Shown: positions 27,801 through 43,587, counted from the stretch's first letter. The stretch is 64,000 nt of DNA from Octopus vulgaris (GCA_951406725.2 OX597828.1:9858001-9922000); one strand, 5' to 3'. Notes: a model not told the origin generated them from the sequence alone. Made by a program: numbers and translations.

Positions 27801-28172
27801 TATGTTTGTATGTTTGTGTTTGATTTGATGCACGCAAGCGTGATCAATATTGAAAGTATTTTAAACTGAAAGTTCGTGCCCCTCAGTCAATTCAGCTGTA
27901 CTTTTATTCTTTCTTGAGACACCTCAGTGATGAGAAAACGAATTTATGATTGATCGAAAAACATATTTGCTAACAAGCATGTTGCAGTTATATTTCATTT
28001 GAGAATTTTATCTAGTCAGTCTTTTATACGTTTGTTGTTTATTACTTATTACATATATGTGCATTGGTGGTTTATGAGTCTCGAGATATAGCTGTGCTTG
28101 TGTGTGCATATTTGTACAGCTATATATGTATCTATACATGCGTGTGAATACGTAAGTACGCATGTGCACTTT

Positions 28173-28252
<80 letters not shown>

Positions 28253-30117
28253 TATATATATGTGTGTGTGTTTGTGTGTGTGTCTGTATGTGTATGTGTG
28301 TGCGTGTGTTTGTGTTTGTGGGTACGTGTGTAGGTTTGTTTGTATAAGTAAGCTTGTAATACAAATATGTTATCACAGTCAAACCCTTAGGGTTCTTCCT
28401 ACTAAACTCGTTGGCGTTAAATATAGTTGCAAGAAGAATATTTAACGAACTACAAAAATAGTTCTTATATATAACTTAAAATGACGAATATTTAATAAAA
28501 AAGCTTTCGAAAATGAAAATATTAGGTATAATTTATTGAATAATATTTAGAACTTCAACTCTTTAATATCTTTCAAAATATGAAGAAAAAAATTAGAATA
28601 CAAAAATCCACCTAAATTATTTCGAACGGAAATTTGAAATCCTGCGAACTATTTACGTTTCAAATTTTTAAACATATGTTTTCTTTTGTTTATATTGTGA
28701 AATTTAGTTACAGTTTCATAAATTAAAGGAAGCGTTACTGCTCAGTAAATAGCTAATACTAATTCTACTGAATATCGAAAATGTGATTATGATAAAAAAT
28801 ACCGTTATTATATTTACAAAGCTTTATGATCATTCAGAAACTTTAGTAGCCAAATCGAACTTTAAATGTAATTTTATTGTTTGCTAAGCGATTGTAATCG
28901 AATAGCAAGTGTTTGCAATATTGCGCAATGTCATAAATGTGTTAGCTTAGTAAAGTTTGTGAATAACATAATTTAGAGCTGATAACTACCAGCTAAATAA
29001 TGCTATAGCTTAGCCTCAGACGTTTGTTTCGTAATTGCCGAAGCCATTATTATTTCGTTAACTAGCCGTTTTTTTTTATATCTCCATCAATTTGATTTCG
29101 ACAATATAGCTAGGAAAGAGAAAATATATTATTTGGTTTGGGATTGAAAACCTGCAAATTGAAGAATATTCTCATGGAAAATATAAGGAAAAGTTCAAAT
29201 ACTTGTATTTTACATTACATGAATTATATTGTGAAAATGAGAGAAACATTTGAAAACGTAATTTAGTCCTACTAAATTATATCTATTATGTTATCATCGT
29301 ATTAGTCGTTAAATAGTCAAGCACTCGAAATCGGCAATTACAAATGTTGAAGTGTTTTATATATTTAAAGCCAATGAGATTTACTATGCTTCTTAGAAAT
29401 TTTCGTCGCTGGTATAGGCAGCACAGTGCAGCATCTTGCTCAAATATTTAACATCTATATATATCATAAAATATAATAGGACGTCGTTACAATTTCAAAA
29501 ACAAACTTTTTCACTATATTCCAACAAAATCTTTTACTTCCCAAAATAAAAAATGAATGACAAAGAGCGATGCAACTGGTAGAATGTCTAGAGCTTTGTT
29601 TAATTTGCTTTGTGACATTTGTTCTAGTTCTATAATGCTTATGTTCAAATTCTACTGATGACATCTTTCTTTAGACCATTTCAAAAACAATGAATAATTT
29701 TCTAGTCTAGTTCTTCACATTCCATTCAGTTCGTATTCTATCTTTTTGCTTCACATTCTGAAAGAAATCAGTTCCTGTCAACCCTTGAAATAGATGAGCT
29801 TCATCAGAGATGAAATTACTCAAACACTTCGTGTGTAACTATGGTGACTTTGCACCTCCATTGCCATTTTGAGAACCCAAGGAAAGCAAAGTATAGTAGA
29901 ACATTGGATAATACATTGACCCAATGATTCATTGGTACTTTACGGTACCGATCTCTGAATGCTAACAGGCGGCAACATAGATTCCGATGGGACTCGAAAC
30001 CTGAACGAAAAGTGATGCTGAGATAATTCAATAATTCCACAATTCATTTAGCTAGGCTGATATCTTTATATCATATATTATTATTTTGTTTTAATGTAGG
30101 CTTCTATATATATCTCT

Positions 30118-30340
30118 TTATTACCCACAAGGGGCTAAACACAGAGGGGACAAACAAGGACAGACAGGGGTACTAAGTCGATTATATCGACCCCAGTGCG
30201 TAACTAATACTTAATTTATCGACCCCGAAAGGATGAAAGGCAAAGTCGACCTCGGCGCAATTTGAACTCAACGTAACGACAGACGAAATACGGCTACGCA
30301 TTTCGCCCGGCGTGTTAACGTTTCTGCCTGCTCGCCGCCT
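30118..30340 (-). mobile_element. SINE family B, monomeric full copy
   Basis: rc begins ggcggcgagcaggcagaaacgttaacacgccgggcgaaatgc, contains gagttcaaatt (B-box-like) and gactttgcctttcatcctttcggggtcgataaa. Confidence 0.85.
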
Positions 30341-30654
30341 TGAAGGCTTCTATATCTGAGATATAAAGAGACGAACAGGGTAGATATAAATGAGTTAGTG
30401 TGATTTAATATGTTTTCACCTGAGACAGCATTAAAGATTCAAGTTTGAATATTATAAGGCATAGCCATGGATTGGAAATTAGGAAGTTGTCTGCGTAACC
30501 CTGGGCATCGAAGTCACTCAAGCTACACATAAAAAAGGCAAGTGTTACGATGCCTTCTATAACATGCCTTGCATTAACTAGCACCTTTTGTGTGAAATTT
30601 CATGAATAGAATCACATGTATAAACGCACTATATTTAAATATATATATTTATTT

Positions 30655-31046
30655 ATTTATTGCCCACAAGGGGCAAAACATAAAGGGGACAAACAAGGCC
30701 AGACAAATAGATTAAGTGGATTATATCGACCCCCCAGTGCGTAACTGGTACTTATTTAATCGGCGCCTAAAAGATGAAAGGCAAAGTTGTCCTCGGTTGA
30801 ATTTGAACTCAGAACGTAGCAGCTGACGAATAACCTATTTCATTACTACCCACAAGGGTCTAAACACAGAGAGGACAAACAAGGACAGACAAATGGTTAC
30901 GTCGATTACATCGAGCCAAGTGCGTCACTGCTACTTAATTTATCGACCCCGAAAGGATGAAAGGTAAAGTCGACCTCAGCGAAATTTGAACTCAGAACAC
31001 AGCGGTGGACGAAATGCCACAAAGCATTTCGCCCGGGGTGCTAACG
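30655..31046 (-). mobile_element. SINE family B, one head plus two tandem bodies
   Basis: Two cccacaaggg... units (30663, 30849) and one head ending ctgccagctcgccgcc at ~31046. Confidence 0.85.
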
Positions 31047-33404
31047 TTTCTGCCAGCTCGCCGCCTTATATATATGGATACATATACATACATTCATACA
31101 TAAATACATACATACATATGTATGTGTGTGTATGTTTGCGCACGTATGCGTGTGTGAATATAGCACATGTTTTCCAGAGGACAACTTCTTACATCGAGCA
31201 ATTAAGCAAACATTTTATTATGTGCTCAATAAAATATATAAAGGATGTGAATCTTACATTTTTGCTATGACTGTGATGAAAGTGGAAGTATGGGGCTGGA
31301 TTTGAAATCCGATAGCTATTCCATAGGATACATATTGCGGCAAATGCTTTAGTTATTATATCTATCAGCTTGCCTGTATATGCCTATCTGGGGGTAACAG
31401 TTTCGTAATTTTAAATCTTAATTGAATACGATTCCTTCCAAGTCGGATTTATATCGTCATTATAAAAACAGTCAATGATAGATTGAGATCGAAAAATCAG
31501 TAAAATACTTGGTATGTACGTTGATATAATTGACTAATCCCTTTTATGAGGTTGCAAAAACTTGCTGCAGCTTAATGAATAAAAGCAGCAACAGTAAAAA
31601 CATAACGCAAAATGTATGAATATATTTTGAAGTTTTATTGGAAAATGTTCAATTCTGTGAAAGATAATTTCATATTTTTTTTAAAGTTTTCCCTAGTGTT
31701 TTGTTCAAAACCTGCAGTATATTATATTTGAAATATAATCGAAAATTTATTTAATTATCTCACTGTAGTTTTACAGCTATCATTCTATAAAAAAAACAAC
31801 TATATATTTAAATAGTCCTTTAAAATGTTACAACTAATGAAATTGGATGTGAGGAAATTGAATTATTCAATGCGATGAAAAATAGAGAAAAACACTCGTA
31901 ATGCATACTTTTCTTGATGAAAAGTTTCAAACAATATATCATTTAATATGTAAAGTTCTTTGATTTTTTTACAGATCAGCGCTCCTAATCAAAATTCGCC
32001 ACCTATCAACATGTGTCTAAATATCTATTTTATGCACGCTCACACGCACATGCATACACATGTAGACACTGCCATAAGCATACAAAGGCTCATGTGTATA
32101 TATGTAAACATATAGATATCCATCCATCTGCACATACATAGATATGTATAGGCACACGTATATATATGTATATATATGTTGGGGGTGAGTGTGTGTGAGT
32201 GTGTGTCTCTAATACGTATGTATAAATAAAATGATTTACCTCAAAATTTAGTTTTCATCATCATGAACAAAGACGTAATGGCGCATCATTACAGAGTGAA
32301 CATAAGAGACATGGAGTCATTTATGGCAGTTAATGTTAACCTGGGATATTGCATAAGGACGCCAGAATGCCGCATGTTTAATTCCAGTCTACTCCTATTA
32401 CAGTCTTTGGGCAGATAAGAATATATAATAGGCAAATACTTTAAATGTACTTTGAGACATATTACCAAGACATATAGAACAACTCACTGTGCCAAGGAAA
32501 GGGAACTCAGAACGTAGAAACGAAGGAAATGGCGTGAAGCACTTTGTTTCACCTGCAAACGATTCTGCCCGTCCGCCAACTTAATATCACCTAATATTAA
32601 TAATATTATAGGTAATAAATTAGGACATATGTCTTGCAAACAGTTGCACATGCAAGTGCTACCAATCAAAATCTCCGCATACCGGAAGCCAGCAAGTGTA
32701 TGGGATCACCAGGACAGAATGCGCGCCGTTTCGGGGCCTACCTCGAGGGGCATCAAGGAACACCGGCTGCCCTCACTGATATGAGGCCCACTTGCGAGAT
32801 CAGCTGCTTATTAAATTGAAATGTAGCAGTATGTGAAACAGGTGGAGCAGGAAATATTTACTCAATCTGAGTATATACCGTATAGTAACTTTTAGATATT
32901 ACGATTTATATAGTATAATGACGGAACTTATCCAACCAACAGGGCTTGGAATAATCTTTCAAAGGTTTCTCTTAAGTTATGTACAGCAAGCAACCTGTGT
33001 TGGCAATGATGAGTGAATGCATATATTGTGTCATAGCTCTGTAAACCAGAGAGTAAACTAGTTTCTTATTGCAAGTCATGGCTTATCGAACTTGCTTAGT
33101 TGATGTAAACGATATATTAGGGATGTAAAAAGATTAGAGGCGAAATTCAATTAGAATCCAAAGTCAAAGTACTAAAACATATGTAAAATGTCACCAATCA
33201 TGTTTAACACTAATCGTCTGTAAGTATACCTCACTCTGACTCTCCATGTATGTGTGAATATGTATATATATATATACACAAATACGTATATATACATGTA
33301 CTCACACACACAGACATATGTATTGGGAATAAGATAGGGTACACACATATACGTCTATATGTATGTTTATTTTGTATATTATACATAATTATATGCATAA
33401 AACA

Positions 33405-33429
33405 TCTATCTATCTATTCTATCTATCTA

Positions 33430-33523
<94 letters not shown>

Positions 33524-33560
33524 TAGAGAGAGAGAGAGACAGAGAGAGATAAAGAGAGAG
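33405..33560. repeat. (CTAT)n-(CT)n-(TA)n-(GA)n compound, quasi-palindromic microsatellite
   Basis: Directly visible; the (CT)n and (AG)n arms are complementary around (TA)n. Confidence 0.9.
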
Positions 33561-33984
33561 ATTCGTCGTATTTTTGAGCAAAATGCAGTTCAGGTTGCTC
33601 TGCGATCACTTCGATACCTGATGTGTGGTACACCATGAGCCTGTTTAGGTAATATCGATTTGGTAGCGGGTAGTGAGCAAATGTACTAGACATACATTTG
33701 ATCACTATCAATAAATCACTTTTTGTCCCACTCGTTCGTCAAAATTTGAACGTTCATACGTCGTCTTCGGGAGATGAGTCCACCTCACACACACACGCAC
33801 AGACACACAAAACACACACACACACACACATGTATATATCGGAGCAATCTCAAGATTAATCAGCCGAAATTGCGAAGATGATCCGGTTCTTGACTGAAGA
33901 TTGAAGGCTTCGAATGTCCCGTCCGTGTTTTTTGTGTCGTCTTCTAATGTTTCACGTTCTTGTCCCAGTTTGTATTTTTTTTCC

Positions 33985-34060
<76 letters not shown>

Positions 34061-34083
34061 CATTGCTTATAATTTTTCATTGC

Positions 34084-34114
<31 letters not shown>

Positions 34115-34135
34115 ATATACATATATACATTCATA

Positions 34136-34447
34136 GAGGTGCAATGGCCCAGTGATGAGGGCAGCGGACTCGCGGTTGTAGGATCGCGGTTTCGATTCCC
34201 GACCGGGCATTGTGAGTGTTTATTGAGCGATAATACCTAAAACCCCACGAGGCGCCCGCCAGGGATGGGCTGGCCATTCCTGCTGTACTCTTTCGCCACA
34301 ACTTTCTCTCACCCTTTCTTCTGTTGGCCTGCTCACTTAGCCAGCGGGGTGGCGTCATTTGAAGGTTAAATCATTGCGAAGAGCATTGTGAACAGCGATG
34401 TGTAGCAACATCTGATAGCCTGGTCGGTCACGGTTATCACGGTGATA
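34136..34447 (+). mobile_element. tRNA-derived SINE family D (tail type 2)
   Basis: A-box TGGCCCAGTGA, B-box GTTTCGATTCC; central region shared with 23458-23726 but a different 3' end. Confidence 0.8.
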
Positions 34448-35061
34448 TACATACATACATAAACACTTTTATATACATAAGCACATGCATACAGTGAAAT
34501 CGTTTCATAATATTCACACTATTGAATCATATACTTCTATTCAACGAATTATAGGCGTTCATCATATTATTTACCTTTAAGGTTTTCTTTTGTTACTTGT
34601 TTAAAGTAAACTGAGTTTCATTTAAAGCTAGACAACTGCGTCAGACATTTTCCTTTATCCAAAAGAAGCATTATAATTACCTACCCATCTTTTTTTTTTT
34701 ATATCGATATAACCACAATATTGTGTAAAGAAACAGTAGATTAAATCATTATTGATTTGAAATTTTACGAAAAGACCAGCAGTTTCGATACTTTTTTTTC
34801 GACCCCAAAAGGATGAGGAATAAAGTTGACCTCGGTGGTATTCAGAACGTAACCACGAACGAATTGCTGCGAATCATTTGAACAGTGCTACTGCTACGTA
34901 TTTCGAATATCACTGTTACGATTCTGCCTCTCAAAACCATTGATATAACAACTAATTTAAATTTTTTCCTAATTAATTCTTACGTTACCAACATATGTCG
35001 GCTCTTTTTAACCTATTCATTATAATTTATACACTAATTGCTGAACAATTGTATTAACATA

Positions 35062-35537
35062 CCGTAAATCCTTGAGTATAGTTCTCCCTTGAGTATAATA
35101 CGCAGAGGATTTTTAGGGGTTTGTACCTATGAAAAACTTAAACCTTGTGTATAATACACACGCCTTCTCTAACTTGAGTCAAGGAGGTCTATATAACGTC
35201 CTTGGTTTGTAAAAATGTATACCATAACGTCCTTTATTATTATTGTATATATATCATAATGCAAACTTGTAGCTTTTTTGTGCATTTTGCAGAAAATAAA
35301 AAAATAAAAGTAATAACGTTTAATAAATGTTACTAACTCCAAGTTATGGAAGATTTAAGGTATTTTCTCGCCCGACATGACAAAATGCGTCTGAATAAAC
35401 ATTGCCGGACAGCAAATAGAGACTCAGACATTACCTAGAAAATAATTTTCATTTTTAACCTCGTATATAGTACTCACTATGGATTTTGAGCTTTAAATTT
35501 TGGGGAAAAAATGCGGATTATACTCGAGGATTTACAG
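35062..35537. mobile_element. Tc1/mariner-superfamily MITE with TA TSD
   Basis: TA|CCGTAAATCCTTGAGTATA ... TATACTCGAGGATTTACAG|TA; ~20-bp TIRs with TA on both sides. Confidence 0.85.
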
Positions 35538-36254
35538 TAAGTGTTCGTCAACTGGATGTTAACCTGTTTCATGATTTCACATGACTAAGAAGACATTTTA
35601 TCATAGTTATGGAATGAGTCTATCTTTTTTCTTCCTTCCATTTTGCTCTTTTTACGTAGACAGAAACCAAATTAAAAGTAAGTTGAGAGATAAGTAAATT
35701 GACTATTATACACACTGTGTTGCTCGTTAATTCTTGAAAGACTTCAGAGGTAATAATACGTTTCCATGTTGAAACCGAAAATTACATTTTAACGTAAAGG
35801 ACAATACGTTAAAGAAAACAACAATGAAAGATTTATCATGAAGTGGAAGAAAGTGAACGGGTAACAACTAAATAAAATGTATGACTGCATTTTTTATTTC
35901 TCTTAATGGGAAAGTTTGGAACAGTTTTCTTTTTTTCCTTTACATTCTCTGATTTCCTGTTAACAGTAAACACATAAAATATAAATCTTTCTATCATTGT
36001 TGTTACTATTGCTATCAGTTTATCATCATCAACCTCTTCGCCCACATCAATTCCACTATATTACTATTATCAATAATGTTACTGTTATTTGTATTAATAA
36101 TATAACATATTACGTGACGTTTCTTTTGAGATCAAATCCCTCCACTGCCAACTTTGTGTTTCAATCTTACATGGTCGATGAAATATGGTACTTGTTTTGT
36201 AATATGGTCTATGTAACTACTTAATACTTACCATTGAAAATGCCTCAATGAGTA

Positions 36255-36264
36255 GCTATTATAA

Positions 36265-36302
<38 letters not shown>

Positions 36303-36425
36303 GTTATTATTATTATTATTTTTGTTATCAATATTATTATTATTATTATTATTATCATTATTATTATTATTATTATTATTATTGTTGTTGTTGTTGTTGT
36401 TGTTACTTGTTATTGTAGTAGTATT
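36255..36425. repeat. (TTA)n/(TTG)n microsatellite
   Basis: Directly visible. Confidence 0.95.
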
Positions 36426-38671
36426 CATGTTATAAATATTATTATGGTTGATGTAACAAACATCACTGTTATCAACAGCATCAAAAGTAGTAGGTTTAGT
36501 AGGTCTAGAAGTACTGGTAGTGGTAGTTGTAGCAGTGACAGAAACAGTGGCAGTAGTAGTATTTCCAGCTTGATGAATTCTTGTTTATCGAAACGAAAAA
36601 CTATTAAACTTCAAAATGATTATAGGGAAGAAAATAATAACAATGTTTGACATTTAAATTGACTTCACGTCGAACTAAATAATTCAAAGCCGATATGAAT
36701 CAATCAAAACTGTTGAAAATCCACTGTAGTCTTAATGGCAGTTCATTTTAATACAGGTAGTTCACTTATAATCGAATGACATTCTCATCGAAAGCTACAT
36801 TTTCTGAGATCAGGTAGAGAAAAAAATAGAAAAGAAATGCGCCAAAATGCGCAAAAAATAAAAATGCCTAACGGCAAAACGAAATAATTAAAGGGAAAAA
36901 CAAACTAAAACTGTAGATGCAATTTACATTTTTGGTTTGCATTTGTGTATGCCATTGTTCAAGTTTTATATTTATTGCTGTAGTATATATTTTCTTTTCG
37001 GCTTTCTTATTTCATTAAATATCAAAGAGGCTTATTTATTTATTGTTCATGATTCAATATTTATATATTTTTATTTCGTGTTTTGTTTACGACTTTAGTC
37101 GGGATGTTAATCCTAATTGCATATCTTAACATTTATTCTTTCAGTAATAAAAACCAGTTTCGAATATAATCTTTTAAAATTATAATTTCTTTAAAGCATA
37201 ACAATATGACGGTTAAATGAAGAACAAAAACAAAGCAAAAGAACCGGAGCGCATTTATTTCCGAGCAATAGAAGCTAAATTCCAGCCTTAGTTGACGATA
37301 TTTTGACATCGAAATGAAACATTAATTGAATGGATGTCACAAATAGTTGAAACATAATCATAGTTTTTCGATGTTGAAATGGAATTCTAAATCTTTGAGT
37401 GAGGCAATTATGATAGCTATAATGCGATTCCAATTTCTAGTGTCAAGTATTAGATTTTCAACAAAAGAAACACAGAAAATGTAGAAATGTAACAGAGTAC
37501 AAGTGGTAGACGTCTGACGTATTTGCACTCATACAGACGGTGTGCACCCGAATATGAATCTATAGAATCTCAGATATTGGGAATGCATATTTTACTGACG
37601 ATAACGTTGAGATACACAGTGATGAGTGAAAACAATATACAGAAGTGTGTTCGTGGGCAGCCCTCATCATTTAAGGTTGAAACAATCCAAAGATAACGTC
37701 TGACCTTTAACCAACCAATCAAATTCCAAAGAAATTGTTGTTTGTTTTCCTAGAATTATGAAACAGCTGTCCTTCAAAGGAATCTTGGGGTTGAGTTTTG
37801 TGATCCCATTGTACTTTGTTAACTTATATTATTTTACGTCATTGAAATTAAAAGTCGATAATCTGCGATAAATGAAAGCTATTAATTAGGACAATGAATA
37901 AAAGATCTTCAAACACAATACACCGCTGAAGATGTCCTGCACCAGATGTAACGTCTAGATTTCTACTTTAACTAATTCGGTGTCTGGCGGCGACGGAAAA
38001 CATTCAATAGCATACTGTTTAATACTCATTCACATCTACGCTGGGAGTTCAAATTTTGCTGAAGTCAACAGAGACTTCAGATACCGACTGTTATTTTTTT
38101 TTCGTAAATTTGTGCAATGTGTTCGAATCCTATCTTCGTCTTCCTGTTTGGTGACTTAATCCATCGCTCGGCTTTACACCAGCCCTTAGTAACATGGTTG
38201 TCCTTTACTGATTCATGCTGTTGTAAGCCTTCGGAGTTGGTTTCATGTTGGAGAATACCTTCCTTCCTTTCTTTTATTAGTTTTGGAATCACCATAAAAA
38301 TATCCTAGTAATTCATTACTTTCTGAATGAAACAAAAATTTCCATTAACTTAAAGTTTTCTGCAAAAAGAAGGTAATGCTTATTTATTTGCTCTGTACAG
38401 GTTAATTTTCAGTACTGGGCTCAGATCTGGCATAGTATGAATATGAATCTACATATATGTATACAAACATGTATGTGTGCGTGCGCGAATGTGTATGCGT
38501 GTGCGAATGTGTGTGTGAGTGTCTGTCTGTGTATGCATACACGCAAGGACAAAGAGAGGGGGAAAGAGGGAGTGAAAGAATAAATTATTTGTTTGTGTGT
38601 TGACGTATTTATCGAAAGATTTTGTTTAAATATATCTGTGAAAATATATAGTTTATTTGTATATATGTCAA

Positions 38672-39047
38672 CTAGCAGCTAAGCCCGATTTCACCCGGTC
38701 TGTTTGGATGATGTGGCTGTGATCGTTTTCGGTTAGGCATAATCTATAACTGCTTTTCTCAACCTTATCATTTCGGGTCCCCTGTTTCGACTGGAGCCTA
38801 GAGGTGTATGAAAATTTATATGACCCAACGCTTCAGAAAACAGCTTCAAAGCAATGGTTGTTTTAATGGCAGAAGAAAGAGGGAAATTCCATTTCAAAGA
38901 AAGTTTTAATCGATTTTCTCGGTAAGTATGGGTGCTAGGAAAATAATACAAACCGCATTCCAAACTATGCACCCATCTGCCGTTTGGCTGTGAACCTCAA
39001 GAAAAGAAAGACTACAAAGGTCGCCCATGTCCAATTTATATTATAGA
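38672..39047 (-). mobile_element. Non-autonomous Helitron
   Basis: rc starts A|TCTATAATATAAA and ends ...ccgggtgaaatcgggcttagctg-CTAG|T: 5'-TC, 3'-CTAG, subterminal GC hairpin, A/T target, no TSD. Confidence 0.75.
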
Positions 39048-39076
39048 TATCTATATCTATTTACCTATATATATTA

Positions 39077-39112
<36 letters not shown>

Positions 39113-39837
39113 GTGTGTAAGTGTGTATATATATATACGTATGTATATGTGCGTGTTTGTGTGTATGTATGTTTCATTATTTTGTTTTGTTGTGCACTGA
39201 TAAAAGGTGCAAAGATTCAATTCTATACAGAAGTTGAGTCATTTGAAGAAAATACTAGAATTTCTAAGTACGCATTAGTTGGATAAAGTTACATACTCTT
39301 CTTGGAAATTCATAATCATGGTCTTAGATCTGGATGTCGAATGAAAGAAAATAATTAATAATGTAAATATTAGATAATTAAGGCATAAATGCTGGGAGAG
39401 GTCTGATTGAACATATGCGTATCACATAAGAGGGGACTATCAATTTTAGAACGTTAGGTCTCTCATATTTCGTCAAAATTTCACAAACGAAGAAAGTTAA
39501 ATTTAAACTCATACTCTGTTTGGCTATGAAGAGAAACTAAAACCATTTGCCGTTTTTCAACTGTCCAGTAGTTCATCAGTGAGAGGTTATTCTAGGCCAT
39601 GTTGCCCTTTGGACTGTAGCGATGTATTTTAAAATATTGTTGAAGGCGTATATCAGACGTTAGGAAAGTAAAACTTTGCAGCAGTTGTCCTGCGTTAGTA
39701 TATATGAAAATTTGCTGTTGACGAAAATGTACTGATTAGAACTGTCCATGCACGCAATCTGTTTATCTGCTCACACACATACACGACATGTACGACGCAC
39801 AAAAACAACGCCCAAATCGGCACATACACGCATCTCT

Positions 39838-40343
39838 GCCCTCTATATAATATAAATAAATATTTTCAAGTTGAAAAAATTTACAGATTTTCTCTTACGA
39901 GGTTTTTTTCACGCTAACTACTTGATAATTTCTTATGAAGATTTTATCCTATTTTTAAATTTATATTTTTCACCGGAACAGTTCAATACTGAATTTTTGT
40001 TCCGAGTAAGCACGTTGTTACCGAAATGCAATTCGAAAAGCCCGCCATTTACATAGATGTGTAGGGATGAACAGTCCTATATGCTGCGATGGACACTGCG
40101 GTTGCTCGTCTCGTATGTTGTTTTTGTTCATTCATATATATCTTGAATTCGTTGTACTGAAGAACATAAAATGCAAATACTGCATTGATTGCGAAATCAC
40201 AGGTGATATTAACTAAATTATGTTTTTAAATGACTCGCTTCGAAGATTGCATTCGGTACAATTTGTTTATTTTGGTAGTTTTGACTTTAAAAGTCCCTCC
40301 TAGCGTGCGGCATTTATGTGTAATAGTGCCCTGTATATAATAT
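39838..40343 (+). mobile_element. Hammerhead element family H2, complete ~490-bp monomer with short terminal direct repeats
   Basis: Starts GCCCTCTATATAATATA (39838) and ends GCCCTGTATATAATATA (40328). Hammerhead core at 40151-40213 (CTGAAGA...GAAA tcac ag gtga TA) with damaged stems I and II. Confidence 0.85.
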
Positions 40344-40383
40344 ATACATATATAAATATATATATATGTATATGTATATGTAT

Positions 40384-40471
<88 letters not shown>

Positions 40472-40484
40472 ATACATTATTTAC

Positions 40485-40840
<356 letters not shown>

Positions 40841-40851
40841 CTCTATATATA

Positions 40852-41003
40852 CTACGGGCTTCTTTCAGTTTCTGTCTATCAAATCCACTTAAAAAGACTT
40901 AGTTGGCCCGAGGCTGTAGTAGAAACACTTGCCCAAGGACCCAGGCAGTGGTGCTGAACCCGGAATATTGTGGTTTTTAAGCAAACTACTTACCACACAG
41001 CCA
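40852..41003 (-). mobile_element. SINE family C, 5' half
   Basis: Homologous to 27494-27655; followed by (TG)n at 41012-41070. Confidence 0.8.
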
Positions 41004-41008
41004 CATAC

Positions 41009-41072
<64 letters not shown>

Positions 41073-42851
41073 AAAAGATTGTGGTTTCATTCTCATGGAT
41101 AAATTATTATTTTCACTAAATTATCTTCTCGACTAATACATTGAGGGTAAAATTCTTTTGGTAGATTGTCTGGATAATCTCGCGAATGGATTGCACGTTA
41201 TATTGAAAGAACCCACTTCATCAAACTGTACCACTCAGAGTTCGTTAGATGAGTAAGTATATGAAATGACACCTGTCTCTACACGGGCTAACTCAAAAGA
41301 CAATGGTAATTCTGTGGATTCTACCAATGAAAGAAACAAAATCAGAAAAGCCCGCTAAAATCAAGTGGTGACCTCGCTGAATGGTCGTGGGGAATCAGAC
41401 AAAACAAGGAAATTTTTTCCTGTTTTCATATTCTGAGTTCAAAATCCATCAAGGTCAGCTTTGCGTTTCAGTTTTTCGGGGACAATAACATAAAGTCAAG
41501 TACATGGCTTAATGTGATCGAATAACCCCATTTCGCAAATTTCTGATTATTTTGCTTATACTAAAAATAATTAGAATTATTATTTAATTGACGAGATCAC
41601 AGGAACTTTAGAGCATTAAAATATAATAAGTTGTATGAGTACATTTTTACTGGTTTTTCGCCCGGGCAGAAAGTTATAGTAATTGCTTTAATGAACAGAT
41701 GTAAATATTTTTGATGACTGTGCTTGGTTCAAAGTTATCTGGGAGAAAATATTAACCGGAAATTGAATCTATGTTGCACTTTATGTTTGATAAAACTTTC
41801 ACCTCAGCCTTAAGCGGTTGAAAATATATGATGAAACAAAATAAATATTAATTTTCAAAGGGGAAAATCTATTATTTATACACTTTCCTCAACGAATTAT
41901 AGAAGAATTGCGCAATCTGCGAATGGGAAGGAATTGCACTCGGCTTGCATATCACTGTAGGCACAATTCATAAATATCACAAATATTTGAGCTTATGAAT
42001 TCATCGATTTTCAGTTAGTGGTGTGGCATTGTTGGATAATGCGACGGATGTTCAACCAACATCCAAAGGCATACGTGGTGTAAATTAAATGAAGTTGCTT
42101 TACGGATGTATTGCAAATATGTCGTGCTCTCGGCAGGCTAAACTGCACCTTCTTTTCAGTGACAGCTTTTATAAGTGAAATAAGCATTGAATTGTTATGC
42201 AGTAAAAAAGGATAATCTTGAATACTGAATCATATTATTCGATGTGAAATGATATTTGACTGAACTAATATGCTTCTATAGATCACGCTAGTTGATAGGA
42301 AATAGAATAAATGTCAAGTTAAATGTTAATATCGAACACTAAAACTGTTTTTGTAAGATTCACATTTATCAAGAATTTAGCACATAATTTATGCAGTTAA
42401 TTTATATATTTATGTAACGATTATAAGATTTGGGTGTACGTTCAGTTTTATTAAACTTGTGGCAAAGACACAATAACACTTTAATACTGAGACCTAACCA
42501 GCGCAAAATCATTGCAAAAACATAGTCATCCAATTATGTGTTGTTTTTCTTTCCCTTTTAAAGGTAGCTATAATAGCGACTATACAAGCAAAATCTCTTT
42601 CAAAACATTATTTAAAATTATACATGAAAAATAAAATACTTTAACTATAGGCAGTTCTAATATTTAACATTTTACTTTATTGGATTTTCAGGAGTAACCA
42701 ATTCGAAATTTCTTCCTTTTGGCTTCATGAAGATTGTCCAACCACTTGCAATTTTGGAGGAATTCATATTCACACTAAATAATTTCGACACAGAAATAAT
42801 ATAACTAAATAAAACTATTTACACACAATTTCAACAATGCACCATATATAC

Positions 42852-42888
<37 letters not shown>

Positions 42889-43122
42889 GCATGAACTGTA
42901 TTATTACACAGACATACTAACATACATGAAAACGTACAAACATATCGGCACAATTCGTTGCATATATATATATATATATACACACAAGCATTTAAGGAGT
43001 TCAGATTATGCACGCAAAAATATTAGAAATACTAATTCTGATGCACAAGGATTATTCAAAAATAGATCTTTCTCCATGTTGTGTATGGACATTACATATG
43101 TGCGTATGTATGTGTGTGTGTA

Positions 43123-43155
<33 letters not shown>

Positions 43156-43251
43156 ACATGTGTCTACGTATCTACGTATACTTGTAGACACACACACACA
43201 TATCATACATGTATATATATGTATAAATTTATATATATATATATATATATG

Positions 43252-43322
<71 letters not shown>

Positions 43323-43587
43323 TAAAGACAAGGAGAGAGATAGAGAGATGTATGGAGAGTGAGAGAAAACCAATTAAATCTGCCCTACCCTAAAGTAAAT
43401 TCACATTGCACAGACACGAAAACGAGATATCTCGGCAGGCGTATCGAGAAGACCTGTACACACGCTTATACGTATGATTGTGCTTGTGTGTGTGTGTATG
43501 TGTATGTACTTGTGTGTAGAGTATGTGTGCGTGTGTATATGTGAGCCCATGTATAAATAAATAGGCTAATAAATATATTTCTGGTCC

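Noticed and set aside
33840-33990. Repeat-like segment with cagccGAAA and CTGAAGA
   Set aside because: The boxes are in an order and context that I could not fold into a hammerhead.
37920-37960. CTGAAGA-tgtc...gat-GTAACGTC hammerhead-like relic
   Set aside because: GAAA box broken and no stem I.
38077-38330. Possible host exon on the minus strand
   Set aside because: No recognisable protein similarity and no convincing splice-site pair.
39530-39585. Minus-strand CTGATGA...GAAA match
   Set aside because: Stem I cannot form; likely chance.
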